Part shown: piece after piece, positions 9,662 through 19,846 of the stretch | How positions within the stretch are numbered: position 1 is the first letter of the stretch | Layout of the letters: each line of letters opens with the position of its first letter | DNA from: Synechococcus sp. | GTDB lineage: Bacteria > Cyanobacteriota > Cyanobacteriia > PCC-6307 > Cyanobiaceae | DNA: 64,000 bases | Assembly: GCA_047285305.1 (NCBI GenBank) | Contig: JBJBDL010000003.1 | Coordinates: 576,001-640,000 of the forward strand | Reading direction: 5' to 3' | Position numbers and translations under genes: made by a program | Notes under the pieces: model-generated | The model's database searches: none | What the model was told of the DNA's origin: nothing | Seen by the model: the letters and a program-made list of their open reading frames with translations, nothing else

Positions 9662-11464
9662 TCAGTAGTTGGCGCCGCTGCGGCGTTGGTGCACCGCGGT
9701 GCTGCCCTCCGCATCCAGCACCCCGCCGCGATCCACTTCGGCATAGATCAGCCAGTGGTCGCCGCATTCCATCCTCTGGCTCACCTTGCCGTCCAGCCAG
9801 GCCAGAGCATCAGGCAGCAAGGGCTGTTCGGCGGGGCTGGTGTCCAGCTCAAGGCCTGCAAAGCGATCGGCACCGGGTTCGAACGGTTGCAGGAACTGCT
9901 TCATCAGGGCGGTTTCGCGGCCTTCGGCCAGCACGTTCAACGCAAAGCGATCGCCCTTGTGCAGCAGTGCTTCCACGGCACGGTCCTTGGCCACGGCCAC
10001 GGTGATGCCGGGGGGATTGAAGCTGGCCTGGCTCACCCAGCTGGCGACCATGGCGCCGCTCAGATCCGCTTTGCGGGTGGTGAGCACGCAGAGGGAGCCG
10101 ATCACGCGGCCCAGGGCCAGCACCGCTGGATCGCTGCGGCTGTCGCTCAAGCCCCCCGCACTGCGCCGTTGCGCCCGTTTCTGGCTCTGCAGCAGCTGGC
10201 GGGCGAAACGGGTGCCGGTTTCCTCCAGCTCCTTCACCCGGGCGGAATCCGGGCTGAACTTCACGCGAATCGGTTCGAAGCCAAAGCTGAAGCCGCCATC
10301 CCGCAGCTTCGTTTCCAGCAGGTCCACCGCCTCGCCGCTCCAGCCGAAACTGCCGAACACTCCCACGGGCTTACTGCGATCCCCCTCCGCCAACAGGGTG
10401 CCCAGGGCCGAGACGATCGGTGTGGGGGCATGGCCCCCCAGGGTGGGTGAGCCGATCAAAACGGCGTCGGCCTGCTGGATCGTGCTCACCAGTTCATCAG
10501 CCGGGGTGAATTCGCAGTTCAAGCTGCTCACCCGGATGCCGGTGCGGCTGACCCCGCGGGCCAGGGCATCGGCAATGGCTGCGGTGTTGCCGTAAGCGCT
10601 GGCGAACAGCAAGGCCACCGTCAGGCTGGCGTTCTGCTGGCCTTCGCCCCAGCGGCGGTAGTCATTCAGAAGGCTGCGCCAACTGGCTTCGATGGCCGGG
10701 CCATGGCCCGGCGCAATGGTGCGGATGTCGAGTTCTTCGAGCCGCTCCACTAAGGCATCCACCTGACGGGCCATGGGGGCCATCAGGCAGTCATAGAAGT
10801 GACGGCGTTCTTCTTCGGTGCTGCTGCGGTTGCTTTCTGCCCAGCTGTCTGTGCAGAGGTGGGCACTGAAGAACTTGTCGCTCATCAGCAGGCCCAGGCT
10901 TTCCTCGAACGCCAGCAACCCGCCTGGCCATCGGGGGGTTGGGGCCGGCAGCAACATCAAGCTGCGCTGATGGCTGAGCGGAAGCGTTTGTTCCTGGCGG
11001 ATTACGCGCAGGGGCGGCAGATCGGGCAGTGGTGGTTGCTCGCTCGTCTCACCGGGAGGGGCCGGCCTGCGTTGGCTCCACAGCTCCTCGATCAGCTTGG
11101 CGCCGGGGTTGGAGACGATCAGTTCCAGGCCGGCGTAGGCCTCTGCCAGATCCCGCAGCAGGGCAACGCGGTTGGGGTTGACGTGGCCCACAACCACCAG
11201 CAGCGGTGCGACGCTGCTGGGTAGGGCGTCGGCAAGCTCCGGCAGAAAGGCCGCGCTGTAGGCCACTCCCGGGGGGTGGACCAGCACAGAAGGGGCTCCA
11301 TCACCGGCCTCGAATAAAACACTGTTGGCTGTGCTGCCCCGCTCCAGGGCGTATTCCAGTTCGAAGCGGTGCCGTTGAGGGCTCAGACCGCGCAGACCAA
11401 CAACCCCATCGTCGATCGGCAGCTGGATCGTGCGACGCGTGGTTGCGGTGCTAGTCACGCTCAT
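9662..11464 (-). CDS. flv1: flavodiiron protein Flv1 (non-canonical diiron site)
   Basis: MBL-like, flavodoxin (SAYGNT) and flavin reductase domains; GHVNPNR in place of HxExDH; TGATG overlap with flv3. Confidence 0.9.
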   Translation of the reverse strand: MSVTSTATTRRTIQLPIDDGVVGLRGLSPQRHRFELEYALERGSTANSVLFEAGDGAPSVLVHPPGVAYSAAFLPELADALPSSVAPLLVVVGHVNPNRVALLRDLAEAYAGLELIVSNPGAKLIEELWSQRRPAPPGETSEQPPLPDLPPLRVIRQEQTLPLSHQRSLMLLPAPTPRWPGGLLAFEESLGLLMSDKFFSAHLCTDSWAESNRSSTEEERRHFYDCLMAPMARQVDALVERLEELDIRTIAPGHGPAIEASWRSLLNDYRRWGEGQQNASLTVALLFASAYGNTAAIADALARGVSRTGIRVSSLNCEFTPADELVSTIQQADAVLIGSPTLGGHAPTPIVSALGTLLAEGDRSKPVGVFGSFGWSGEAVDLLETKLRDGGFSFGFEPIRVKFSPDSARVKELEETGTRFARQLLQSQKRAQRRSAGGLSDSRSDPAVLALGRVIGSLCVLTTRKADLSGAMVASWVSQASFNPPGITVAVAKDRAVEALLHKGDRFALNVLAEGRETALMKQFLQPFEPGADRFAGLELDTSPAEQPLLPDALAWLDGKVSQRMECGDHWLIYAEVDRGGVLDAEGSTAVHQRRSGANY

Positions 11465-13212
11465 CAGTAGTGGTTCCCCACTTTGCGGTGGTGCACTGCC
11501 GTGCTGGCCTCGGCATCGGCCACATTGCCCTGCTCCACCACGGCATAGATGATCCAGTGATCGGGGCCTTCCATCCGTTGCTCCACCCGGCAGCCCAGAA
11601 ACGCCAGAGCATCGGCGAGCACCGGACCGCCATCGGCAGTTCCCTCCAGCACGTTCACCCCCGCGAAACGATCGGCACCCGGGTGGAAGCGCTTGAGGAA
11701 ATGGCGCATCAGTTGTTGGTGATTGTCCTGCCGTAGAACGTTCAGCACGAAGCGGTCGCCCACTTGCATCAGGGCTTCGATCGCACGATCTTTAGCGACG
11801 GCGATGGTGAGGCCCGGTGGGGTAAAGCTGGCCTGGCTCACCCAGCTGGCCACCATGGCGCTGCGGCGTTGCGATTCGCCCTCTCCCTGGCTGGCGGTCA
11901 CCACATAAAGGCCACCGCTGATGCGACCCAGGGCCTTGTCGAGGTCGCCATCGAGGCTTTTCATCGCCGCGATCGTCTTCTCTTTGGTCAAGAGCTGGCC
12001 GAGGTCGGTGCCCGACTCCTCACAGCGTTGGTAGTCGCTGCCCTGGGGCAGCTGTTTGATCCGCAATGGGCTGAAGGCTTGCTTCTGCCTCTGGCTGCGC
12101 AGTTGATCAGCGACGGCGTCGATCGGTTCATCATTGCCGCCGAAGGCGTCGTATACCCCCACCAGTTGTTTGGGATGCAGGGCTGCCAGCAGGGTTCCGA
12201 TCGAGGCCTGCAGATCCGGCTCCGGCTCCGCGGGCCAGGTCGGCACCACAACAGCTTTGGCATCGCCGATCAGGGCAGTGAGTTCCTGGGGGTCGGTGGC
12301 TCGAAGGTCCACCAGCTGCACCTGGGCATCGGCCTTGCCGATGCCGTGGGCAATGGCCTGGCTGATCCGATCGGAGAAGCCGTACTGGCTCAAATAACAA
12401 ACGGCGGCATAGCTCTCGCCTTTGCTGCGCTGGCCGCTCCACTCGCGGTAGTCGCTGATCCAGTGGCTGAGGTGATGCCGCAACAGCGGCCCGTGTCCCA
12501 CCGCGATGGTGTTGATCTCCGGCAGGCCATCCATCCGCTTGAGGGCCTGCAGCACGCTGCGGGCATTGGGGCCCATCAGGCAGTCGTAGTAGAAGCGGAA
12601 ATCAGGGGCGATGGCACCGGGGTCGGCGTCGAAGATGTCGTCAGAGCAGTAGTGCAGACCAAAGGCATCGCAGGTGTAGAGGATGCCTGTGCCGTGATCG
12701 AAGGAAAAGATTGTGTCTGGCCAGTGCAGGTTCGGAGCACTGAGGAATTCGAAGCGGTGATGGATGCCGTTGTCGGGGTTGGTGCCGAGATCCAATTCCT
12801 CACCGGACTTCACAGCACGGGATTTAAACGGCCTGTGCACCTGGTCCTTGAGGAACTGCAGCGCCACTTTCGACCCAACGATTTCGATCTCGGGATTGAG
12901 ATCGATCAGATCACCGATCAATCCGGAGTGGTCGGGTTCGGTGTGGCTCACGATCAACACATCGATCGCGGTTGGATCGATCTGCTCCTTGAGCAGCGGG
13001 ATCCAGGTGTCGCGGAACTTGGCGTGGCTGGTGTCGATCAGGGCGGTGCGTTCTCCCCGCACCAGAAAGGCGTTGTACGTGGTGCCGTTGCGCAGGCCGA
13101 ATTCGATGTCGAAGCGGCTGCGGTCCCAGTCGAGGGAGCGAATCGTGGTGGTATTGGCGCCGATGGCCTCGCACTGCAGCGACAGCTTCGGAGCAGCGGA
13201 AGCAACGACCAT
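11464..13212 (-). CDS. flv3: flavodiiron protein Flv3
   Basis: RSLDWDRSRFDIEFGL, canonical SHTEPDHSG, LHWPD, C-terminal flavin reductase. Confidence 0.92.
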   Translation of the reverse strand: MVVASAAPKLSLQCEAIGANTTTIRSLDWDRSRFDIEFGLRNGTTYNAFLVRGERTALIDTSHAKFRDTWIPLLKEQIDPTAIDVLIVSHTEPDHSGLIGDLIDLNPEIEIVGSKVALQFLKDQVHRPFKSRAVKSGEELDLGTNPDNGIHHRFEFLSAPNLHWPDTIFSFDHGTGILYTCDAFGLHYCSDDIFDADPGAIAPDFRFYYDCLMGPNARSVLQALKRMDGLPEINTIAVGHGPLLRHHLSHWISDYREWSGQRSKGESYAAVCYLSQYGFSDRISQAIAHGIGKADAQVQLVDLRATDPQELTALIGDAKAVVVPTWPAEPEPDLQASIGTLLAALHPKQLVGVYDAFGGNDEPIDAVADQLRSQRQKQAFSPLRIKQLPQGSDYQRCEESGTDLGQLLTKEKTIAAMKSLDGDLDKALGRISGGLYVVTASQGEGESQRRSAMVASWVSQASFTPPGLTIAVAKDRAIEALMQVGDRFVLNVLRQDNHQQLMRHFLKRFHPGADRFAGVNVLEGTADGGPVLADALAFLGCRVEQRMEGPDHWIIYAVVEQGNVADAEASTAVHHRKVGNHY

Positions 13213-13294
13213 GAAACCGACCGTGACGGAAGTCGACTCTACGGAGATTCAGCGGGGCAAAGCGGCGGAGACTGGTATCAACTGCAACCTTGTG

Positions 13295-14590
13295 ATGGCG
13301 TCATCGACGCTGCGACGCAGCATTGGACCCGGGATCCTCTTGGCCGGTGCCTGCATTGGTGGATCCCACTTGATGTCGTCCACCACGGCGGGAGCCCGAT
13401 TCGGCTTTGCGCTGGTGGGCCTGATCTTGCTCACCAATCTGATCAAGTACCCGTTCCTGCGCGTGGGCACCCGCTTCACAGCGGCCACCGGACTGTCGCT
13501 GCTGGAGGGTTTCCAGAAACGCAATCCCCTCTACCTGCCGCTGTACCTGGTGGTGAGCCTGGTCACCGGCACCTTCACCATCGCGGCGGTGAGTTTTGTG
13601 GCGGGGCTGCTGCTCACCAACATCCCCCTGCTGGCGGGGCTGGACCCCTACGGACTGTCCATCGCCGTGCTGGCGGTGAGTGGCCTGGTGCTGCTGCTGG
13701 GGCATTACCGGGCGCTCGACCGTCTCTCCAAGCTGTTGGTGGTGCTGCTCACCCTGCTCACTGGGGTTGCGGCTGCATCACTGCTGATCCGCGGCCCCGT
13801 CGGCGATGTGGCGGCCAGTTGGGTCAGCACGGATCCCAGCCCCTGGACCCTGGCCAACCTGGCCTTCTTGATTCCCCTGATGGGCTGGATGCCCGGACCA
13901 GTGGAGATGTGCGTTTGGCCATCGTTGTGGATGTTTTCCCGTGCGCGCGACACCGAGTACACCGCAACGCCGAAGGAGGCTGAGTTCGATTTCAACCTCG
14001 GCTATGGCGTCACCGTTGTGACGGCCATGTTCTTCGTGATCCTGGGCGCTTACACGATGTATGGCAGCAATGACGGAATGCTGGCTGGCAGTGGCGTGTC
14101 CTTCGCCCAGAAGCTGATCAAGCTCTACACCGCCGCCATGGGTGGTTGGGCGGCCTGGGTGATCATCCCGGCGGCCTTTTCCGCCATGTTCAGCACCACC
14201 CTCACCTGCCTGGATGCCTATCCCCGCAGCATTGCGGCGATCCAGGGCTTGCTGCGTCATCACGACAGTGGGGATTCAGCACCTGGGCTCATGCAGCGTC
14301 GCTTCGACATCTGGGTGATCGTGCATTTCCTGGCCGCTGTGCTGGCGCTGGTGGTGGCCAAAAGCGGCGGAATCGGTGTGAAGGATTTCGTCTTCGGGGC
14401 GATGACCGGCAGTTTCCTCACCGCTCCTCTGTTCGCCTGGATGGCGATGGACACGCTCAAAAGCCCCTTGGTTCCAGTGGCGCACCGTTATGGGCGGCTC
14501 ACCCAGGCCTTCTGCTGGTTTGGCCTGGTGTTTTTCAGTGGCTTCAGCCTGCTGTTCATCGGTCGCTTCTTCCTCGGCCTCGGCGGCTGA
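13295..14590 (+). CDS. NRAMP-like divalent metal cation transporter
   Basis: ATG at 13295; IGPGILLAGACIGGSHLMSST, multiple TM helices, LMGWMPGP. Confidence 0.85.
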   Translation: MASSTLRRSIGPGILLAGACIGGSHLMSSTTAGARFGFALVGLILLTNLIKYPFLRVGTRFTAATGLSLLEGFQKRNPLYLPLYLVVSLVTGTFTIAAVSFVAGLLLTNIPLLAGLDPYGLSIAVLAVSGLVLLLGHYRALDRLSKLLVVLLTLLTGVAAASLLIRGPVGDVAASWVSTDPSPWTLANLAFLIPLMGWMPGPVEMCVWPSLWMFSRARDTEYTATPKEAEFDFNLGYGVTVVTAMFFVILGAYTMYGSNDGMLAGSGVSFAQKLIKLYTAAMGGWAAWVIIPAAFSAMFSTTLTCLDAYPRSIAAIQGLLRHHDSGDSAPGLMQRRFDIWVIVHFLAAVLALVVAKSGGIGVKDFVFGAMTGSFLTAPLFAWMAMDTLKSPLVPVAHRYGRLTQAFCWFGLVFFSGFSLLFIGRFFLGLGG

Positions 14591-14608
14591 TTCCACCCTG
14601 GCTTCAAC

Positions 14609-14635
14609 AAAAAACCCCTGCCATGGGCAGGGGTT
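14609..14635 (-). terminator. rho-independent terminator (hspA)
   Basis: AACCCCTGCC-ATG-GGCAGGGGTT stem with a T-tract on the minus strand. Confidence 0.8.
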
Positions 14636-14705
14636 GGGCTTCCGTTCTTCTTGTCTTGGTGTGTTGGGCTTGTCCAGCTCATGGCTTTCAGTGCTCGGAT
14701 TCTGA

Positions 14706-15098
14706 TCAGCTCTCCACCTTCACCGAAACACTGGTGTGTTTCACCGCTTTGCCGGCGTTGATTTCAAGAATGCCGTCCCGATAGCTGGCCTTGAGCTGGT
14801 CGCGATCGAGGCTGTGGGGGAAACGGAAGCTGCGGCTCCAGGTGCCGCAGCGGAATTCGCTCAGCAGAGGTGCGTTGCTGTCGTCGCTGCCTGTGGCTGA
14901 GCGTTCGGCGCTGATTACCAGGTTGCGATCGGTGGCCTTGACGTCGATCGAGTCCCGGTCGACCCCGGGCAGTTCCAGCTGCACGGTGTAACTGGTTTCG
15001 GTTTCGCGGATTTCGGCGTTGGGAACGCGCTCAGCGGTGGCCAGTTGCTGCTCGAGACGCTCGAATAGATCAAAGGGGGATTGGCGAAGGGTCAGCAT
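14706..15098 (-). CDS. hspA: small heat shock protein Hsp20/alpha-crystallin
   Basis: ELPGVDRDSIDV, SEFRCGTWSRSF, ASYRDGILEI alpha-crystallin motifs. Confidence 0.92.
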   Translation of the reverse strand: MLTLRQSPFDLFERLEQQLATAERVPNAEIRETETSYTVQLELPGVDRDSIDVKATDRNLVISAERSATGSDDSNAPLLSEFRCGTWSRSFRFPHSLDRDQLKASYRDGILEINAGKAVKHTSVSVKVES

Positions 15099-15264
15099 GA
15101 TGGTGGCTCCGAAGAATGAACATCTGCGGACTGGGTTAATCGCCCGCCATCACAATCTGCGCCGCTTAGATGAGAACCAGAAGCGTGAGAACCGTCCGTT
15201 TTGATTCGGTCTCTCCCACCAGGTTCGGTTGGCACCACAAGGATGGTGTTGAAACCGAATCTCC

Positions 15265-15744
15265 TTAAAGCCACCACCAGTCGCTGAAACAGGCCGCTTG
15301 GCCGAAGACCCTCTCCTCTGCATCCCAGAGTGTCCAGATCCGGGCCTTGTTGATCATGAATCGCCGCCCTTTGCGGCTGATGCGAATGCCGCGATAGTTC
15401 TGCACTGCATCGAGGCGTTTGGCCTGCCCCAAGGCGTTGCTGCGTTCCCCCCGTTCGCTGTTTGGTGCAGTGAGCTGTGAGGGCATGCCGATCAGCTCAT
15501 TCCAGCGTGTTTCCCACAGCTGCAGGGCCGCAGCGTTGGCGTAACTGAGCTTGGGATCCTGCTCCGTGCCGTGGGCCAGCACTGGAAAGCCGCAGGCGAA
15601 CAGGTTCTGGCAAAGCAACCGCTTTGACTGGTCAGGTTGGGCGGAAGCGATCAGCGGCCTGCCGAAGGCCCGTTGATGCGATTGCAGCAGCACTGCGGCG
15701 AGCCCTTGTTTTTCGGCGGTGAGCCAGGCGGCTTCACGGACCAT
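15265..15744 (-). CDS. MEKHLA domain protein
   Basis: LAHGTEQDPKLSYANAAALQLW, YRGIRISRKGRRFMI, GQAACF typical of stand-alone bacterial MEKHLA (PAS-like) proteins. Confidence 0.88.
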   Translation of the reverse strand: MVREAAWLTAEKQGLAAVLLQSHQRAFGRPLIASAQPDQSKRLLCQNLFACGFPVLAHGTEQDPKLSYANAAALQLWETRWNELIGMPSQLTAPNSERGERSNALGQAKRLDAVQNYRGIRISRKGRRFMINKARIWTLWDAEERVFGQAACFSDWWWL

Positions 15745-15758
15745 GGCTCTGCTCTGTG

Positions 15759-16646
15759 TCAGCTGCCGGCTGCCATGGCCTGCAGCATCGCCTTTTGGGC
15801 ACTGGCCTGACCATGGGCCTTGAGGTTGTTCAGGAAGGTGCTCCGCGCATCGGCGAAGCGTGGGTCCTCCGCCAGCGGCAGCTCTCCGGCAGCATCGAGG
15901 CCCGTGTCGCCCTCCATGGCTGGGGTGATCACCACCAGGTCGCCATCAAGGCTGCGGTTGTAGCGCCACCACAGGGCCGGGTCCTGCACCGCCGCATGGG
16001 GCGGCAGCGGTGTTGCCTCTTGAGGTGTGCTGGCTCTGTTCTCCTCTTTGGCTGCCGCCGCCCGCTCGGCCAGGGCCTTGCGCCGGTGTTCCGCCAGGTC
16101 TTCCAGCAGCCGAGCCCGGTTGCGGCCCCGCAGTTGGAACAGCACGAAGGGGTCTTCACTGAAGCGATCCCCCATCAGGAAATACACCGCGCTGATGTGT
16201 TTGCAGGGGTTGGCTTTGTCGGGGCAGCTGCACTCGCTGCGCACCTCCTGCAACTTGAACGGGAACAGGCGTTTGCCGCTGGCGGCGAAGGCCCGTTCGA
16301 TGTCGGAGGGCATGATCCCCGCCAGCAGCTGGGCCGACCAGCGGGCTTTCTGGGTCAGCGCTTCCAGCACATAGCCCCAGTCCTCATCGTTGAGCACATC
16401 CAGCCAGAGCTTCACCTTGTACGGCGCTTCATCGGTGCCCTGGACGCGGGCATGCACGCGGCGGCCTTCGAAGCGGATCGAGGTCACATGGCCTTCTCGG
16501 GCGTAGCCCCAGGCCCGCTCCAACCGTTTCTTGAAGCGGTAGCCGTTGATCAGTTCCATCCACTGCTCGACCCACCAGGGCTGTTGGCCGAGTCCGTCGT
16601 CGCCGATGGCGGTGATTCCGTTGCTGTTGCCGTTGCTGAGGGTCAT
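15759..16646 (-). CDS. SWIM zinc finger protein
   Basis: CSCPDKANPCKH (CxC...CxH) and DPFVLFQLRG; start placed at ATG 16646. Confidence 0.92.
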   Translation of the reverse strand: MTLSNGNSNGITAIGDDGLGQQPWWVEQWMELINGYRFKKRLERAWGYAREGHVTSIRFEGRRVHARVQGTDEAPYKVKLWLDVLNDEDWGYVLEALTQKARWSAQLLAGIMPSDIERAFAASGKRLFPFKLQEVRSECSCPDKANPCKHISAVYFLMGDRFSEDPFVLFQLRGRNRARLLEDLAEHRRKALAERAAAAKEENRASTPQEATPLPPHAAVQDPALWWRYNRSLDGDLVVITPAMEGDTGLDAAGELPLAEDPRFADARSTFLNNLKAHGQASAQKAMLQAMAAGS

Positions 16647-16648
16647 GG

Positions 16649-19600
16649 TCAGGTGTCCTCCAAGGAGACGAGATCGCGCAATTGATCGCCACCGAGGCTT
16701 CCCAGCCAATCCTCGCCGGAGCCGATCACATCCTCAGCAAGGCGTGATTTCTCGCGGATCATGCGATCGATCTTTTCCTCCACCGAGCCGCTGGTGATGA
16801 ATTTGTGCACCATCACCCGGTTGGTCTGGCCGATCCGATAGGCCCGGTCGGTGGCCTGGTTCTCCACAGCCGGGTTCCACCAGCGGTCGATGTGGAACAC
16901 GTGGCTGGCCCGGGTGAGGTTGAGGCCGACACCACCAGCTTTCAACGAGAGCAGGAACAGCTGCGGACCCCGGGGATCCTCCTGGAAGCGATCCACCATC
17001 GCCTGGCGCTCGCTCTTGCGGGTGCCGCCGTGCAGGAAGGGCACCTCTGATTTCCAGCGCTGCTGCATCCAGGCCTGCAGCAGATGCCCCCATTCGGCGA
17101 ACTGGGTGAACAGCAGGGCCCGATCGCCCGCTTCGATCACCTCATCGAGGATTTCCTCAAGTCTCTGCAGCTTGGCCGAACGGCCCAGGAAGCCATCATC
17201 CACGGCCCCTTCGCTTAGGGCCAGGGCGGGATGGTTGCAGATCTGTTTCAGCCGGGTGAGCAGGGCCAGCACCTGCCCGTGGCGCTGCCCGCGCGGCGCC
17301 CGCGCAATGGCATCGAGGGTGTCTTCCACGGTCTTGCTGTATAGGGACTTCTGCTCCTTGCTCAACCCCACCCATTCGCTGAGCTCCACCTTCTCCGGCA
17401 GGTCAGAAATGATCGTTTTGTCGGTTTTTAGCCGGCGCAGGATGAACGGACCCACGCGGCCTTTGAGGTCTCGCAGGGACGACATGTCGCCATACCGTTC
17501 GATCGGCATCCGGTAGCGCTGGCGGAAGAAGTCCTCTTCCCCCAGCACCTTGGGGTTGAGGAAGTCCATCAAGGCCCACAGTTCGCTCACCCGGTTCTCC
17601 ACGGGGGTGCCGGTGAGGGCGATGCGGAAGCGGTTGCTCTTGCTGCGGCCGGGGCGGGCCAGATCCCTGGCGGCCTGGCTCTGTTTGGCGCCGGGGTTCT
17701 TGATTGCCTGGGCTTCGTCAATCACCACCCCCTGCCAGTCCTGGGTTTCCAGCAGTTCGCTGTCCCGCTGCAGCAGTCCGTAGCTGGTGAGCACCAGATC
17801 CACGTCCTTCAAAGCTTTTTTGAGTTCGGCGGGTGTGGAGGGTCGGCGTGGGCCGTAATGCTCGGTGACCTTCAACTCTGGGGTGAACGATTCCGCCTCC
17901 CGGCGCCAGTTGGTGAGCACCGAGGTGGGAGCCACCAGCAGCACCGGGCGCTTCAGTTCCTGCTCTGCTTTGAGGTGCTGCAGAAACGCCAGCAGCTGGA
18001 TGGTTTTGCCCAGGCCCATGTCGTCAGCCAGGCAGGCCCCCTGGTCGAAGCGGTGCAGGAAGGCGAGCCAGCCGAGGCCCCGCTCCTGATAGGGCCGCAG
18101 CTGACCGCTGAATCCCTCGGGAGCCGGTAGGGGGTCGGGGGCCTTCTGCTGGTGGTATTGCTCCAGCACCGATTGGAGTCTTGGGCCGGCGTCGAAGCGG
18201 TGAACAGGCATCCGCATCAGCAGTTCCCCTTCCGTTCCCGTCAGACGCAGCGCGTCGTCGAGGCTCAGTTCCGGTTTCGTGCCACAGAAGCGTTCGGCGT
18301 TCTTGAGGTCGTTGGGCCGCAGTTCGATCCAGGCCCCCTTGTGGCGCACCAGGGGGCTGCGCTTGCCGCTCAGGCGCTCCAGTTCCCGCAGGGTGAGCGT
18401 CACCCCGCCGATCATTAGATCCCACTCCCAGTCCAGACATTCGCCCAGGGTGAAGCCGCGGGAGCGTTCTGGAAGTTCAGCCTTGATCGACAGGCCCAGC
18501 CGGCTGGCCAGGCCGCCGGAGAGGCTGGGCGGCAGCTCCACCCCCACGCCGGCATCCCGCAGCTGGCGGGCAGCCGTGCGCACCAGCACGAAGGCTTCGG
18601 CCGGGGTCAGCTGCATCGTGTCCGGCGTCGCGCTCTCTAGCCCCCTTTCGATCGGTGGGAACACCGTGAGGGCTCGTCCCAGGCCCTCCAGCAGCACTTC
18701 GCCCGGTTGATCCACCTGGATCTCCCCCAGTTGCAGCATCTCGGCGCCGGAGGCCCAGGCTGCGGCGGCCGGGAGCTTCAGGCTGGGGTCGGCTTCCGCC
18801 TGCAGTCCGAAGCGCAGCTCCCAGAGATCCTCCCCATCCGGTGGGGTGTGCAGTTCAAGGCAGGTGCGGGCCGCCGCAAAACCGCCGGCGATGCCTTCCC
18901 TCCAGTGATGGCTGGCGGTGGCCAGGCGTTCGGCCTCTTCATCACCGATCTCGATCACCCCCGTCTCCGACCCCAGGGCCTCCTGCCAGAGGGTCAGCAG
19001 GGGATCAAGCCCATCGGTGGATGGTTCAAAGTCCTTGCGCAGCTGCGCGTCTACCAGGTCTTCCAGCAGCGTCGCCACCCGGAGGCGTCCGCTGCGGGGC
19101 CGGCAACTGGCCACAGGGTTGGCGGCCCGCATGGCCTCCGGTCGTAATCGAGTGGTGCGGTTACTGCGGCGCCCCAGGGGTTCCCGCCAGGGCAAGGCGC
19201 AGGTGGCCACCAACGGCAGGCTGGCCGCCAGATCCTCGAGCCGGCGCCGGTCTTCTTCCCGGTTGAGCAGCGGCACCCAACGGGCCCGATGGGGATAGCC
19301 CTCGCCTTTGCTGAGCTCCATTTGGGGAATCCAGCGGCCCCGGGCCACCAGGCTCAGGGCCCAGCGCTGCAGATGGCTCCACCAGCGCAGTTCGTCAGCC
19401 AGGTCTGGATTGGTGCCGGAGAGCGGCAACCGGGACAACCACTCAGTGGCCGCCGATGGTTCCACCGCGAGCCCTTGCACCTGCCAGGGCCACCATTCGG
19501 TTTGCTTGGGGATCGGTTCGCCGGCCTGCATCGGTAGCCCCGTCCAGCCCGGTGGTTCCGGCGTTGGCTCCTCATTTTTGATGCGGCTTTTGCGCGGCTT

Positions 19601-19846
19601 CACCGTGCGGCTCGGCAGGGTGAGACAGGCTGTGGCATCAATGCAGCCGCCAGGCAAAAGGTCGCGTTCGCTCAGCCAAGCCCTGAGGTCGTCATGGCTG
19701 AGGGTGAAGGGGTGCAGCGCGGGGGTGAGGCCGGGGCCTTCCGGTGTGGCCACCCGCCAGGTGTCAGCCCAAACGAGCAGTGCCGGTTGACCGGTACTGC
19801 TGGAGGTGCGGATGGCGGGAAGCCAGGTGGCGTGCAGCAGGCTCAT
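16649..19846 (-). CDS. SNF2-family (SWI2/SNF2) helicase
   Basis: LADDMGLGKT, DEAQAIKN, LTGTPVEN, WWNPAVENQATDRAYRIGQ. Confidence 0.96.
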   Translation of the reverse strand: MSLLHATWLPAIRTSSSTGQPALLVWADTWRVATPEGPGLTPALHPFTLSHDDLRAWLSERDLLPGGCIDATACLTLPSRTVKPRKSRIKNEEPTPEPPGWTGLPMQAGEPIPKQTEWWPWQVQGLAVEPSAATEWLSRLPLSGTNPDLADELRWWSHLQRWALSLVARGRWIPQMELSKGEGYPHRARWVPLLNREEDRRRLEDLAASLPLVATCALPWREPLGRRSNRTTRLRPEAMRAANPVASCRPRSGRLRVATLLEDLVDAQLRKDFEPSTDGLDPLLTLWQEALGSETGVIEIGDEEAERLATASHHWREGIAGGFAAARTCLELHTPPDGEDLWELRFGLQAEADPSLKLPAAAAWASGAEMLQLGEIQVDQPGEVLLEGLGRALTVFPPIERGLESATPDTMQLTPAEAFVLVRTAARQLRDAGVGVELPPSLSGGLASRLGLSIKAELPERSRGFTLGECLDWEWDLMIGGVTLTLRELERLSGKRSPLVRHKGAWIELRPNDLKNAERFCGTKPELSLDDALRLTGTEGELLMRMPVHRFDAGPRLQSVLEQYHQQKAPDPLPAPEGFSGQLRPYQERGLGWLAFLHRFDQGACLADDMGLGKTIQLLAFLQHLKAEQELKRPVLLVAPTSVLTNWRREAESFTPELKVTEHYGPRRPSTPAELKKALKDVDLVLTSYGLLQRDSELLETQDWQGVVIDEAQAIKNPGAKQSQAARDLARPGRSKSNRFRIALTGTPVENRVSELWALMDFLNPKVLGEEDFFRQRYRMPIERYGDMSSLRDLKGRVGPFILRRLKTDKTIISDLPEKVELSEWVGLSKEQKSLYSKTVEDTLDAIARAPRGQRHGQVLALLTRLKQICNHPALALSEGAVDDGFLGRSAKLQRLEEILDEVIEAGDRALLFTQFAEWGHLLQAWMQQRWKSEVPFLHGGTRKSERQAMVDRFQEDPRGPQLFLLSLKAGGVGLNLTRASHVFHIDRWWNPAVENQATDRAYRIGQTNRVMVHKFITSGSVEEKIDRMIREKSRLAEDVIGSGEDWLGSLGGDQLRDLVSLEDT

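Noticed and set aside
9662..11464. Flv1 lacking canonical diiron ligands, possible pseudogene
   Set aside because: Non-canonical ligands are the normal state of Flv1-type proteins and the ORF is full length.
12764..13294. N-terminal extension of the transporter ORF in the track
   Set aside because: Overlaps flv3 on the opposite strand; the plausible start is ATG 13295.
11764..13983. 739-aa plus-strand ORF
   Set aside because: Antisense shadow of flv3 continuing out of frame over the transporter; no recognisable motifs; expected from GC-rich codon bias.
16649..19846. SNF2 helicase as part of an anti-phage island (DISARM/BREX-like)
   Set aside because: No methylase, nuclease, PglZ or mobility genes nearby; composition and context look like core genome.
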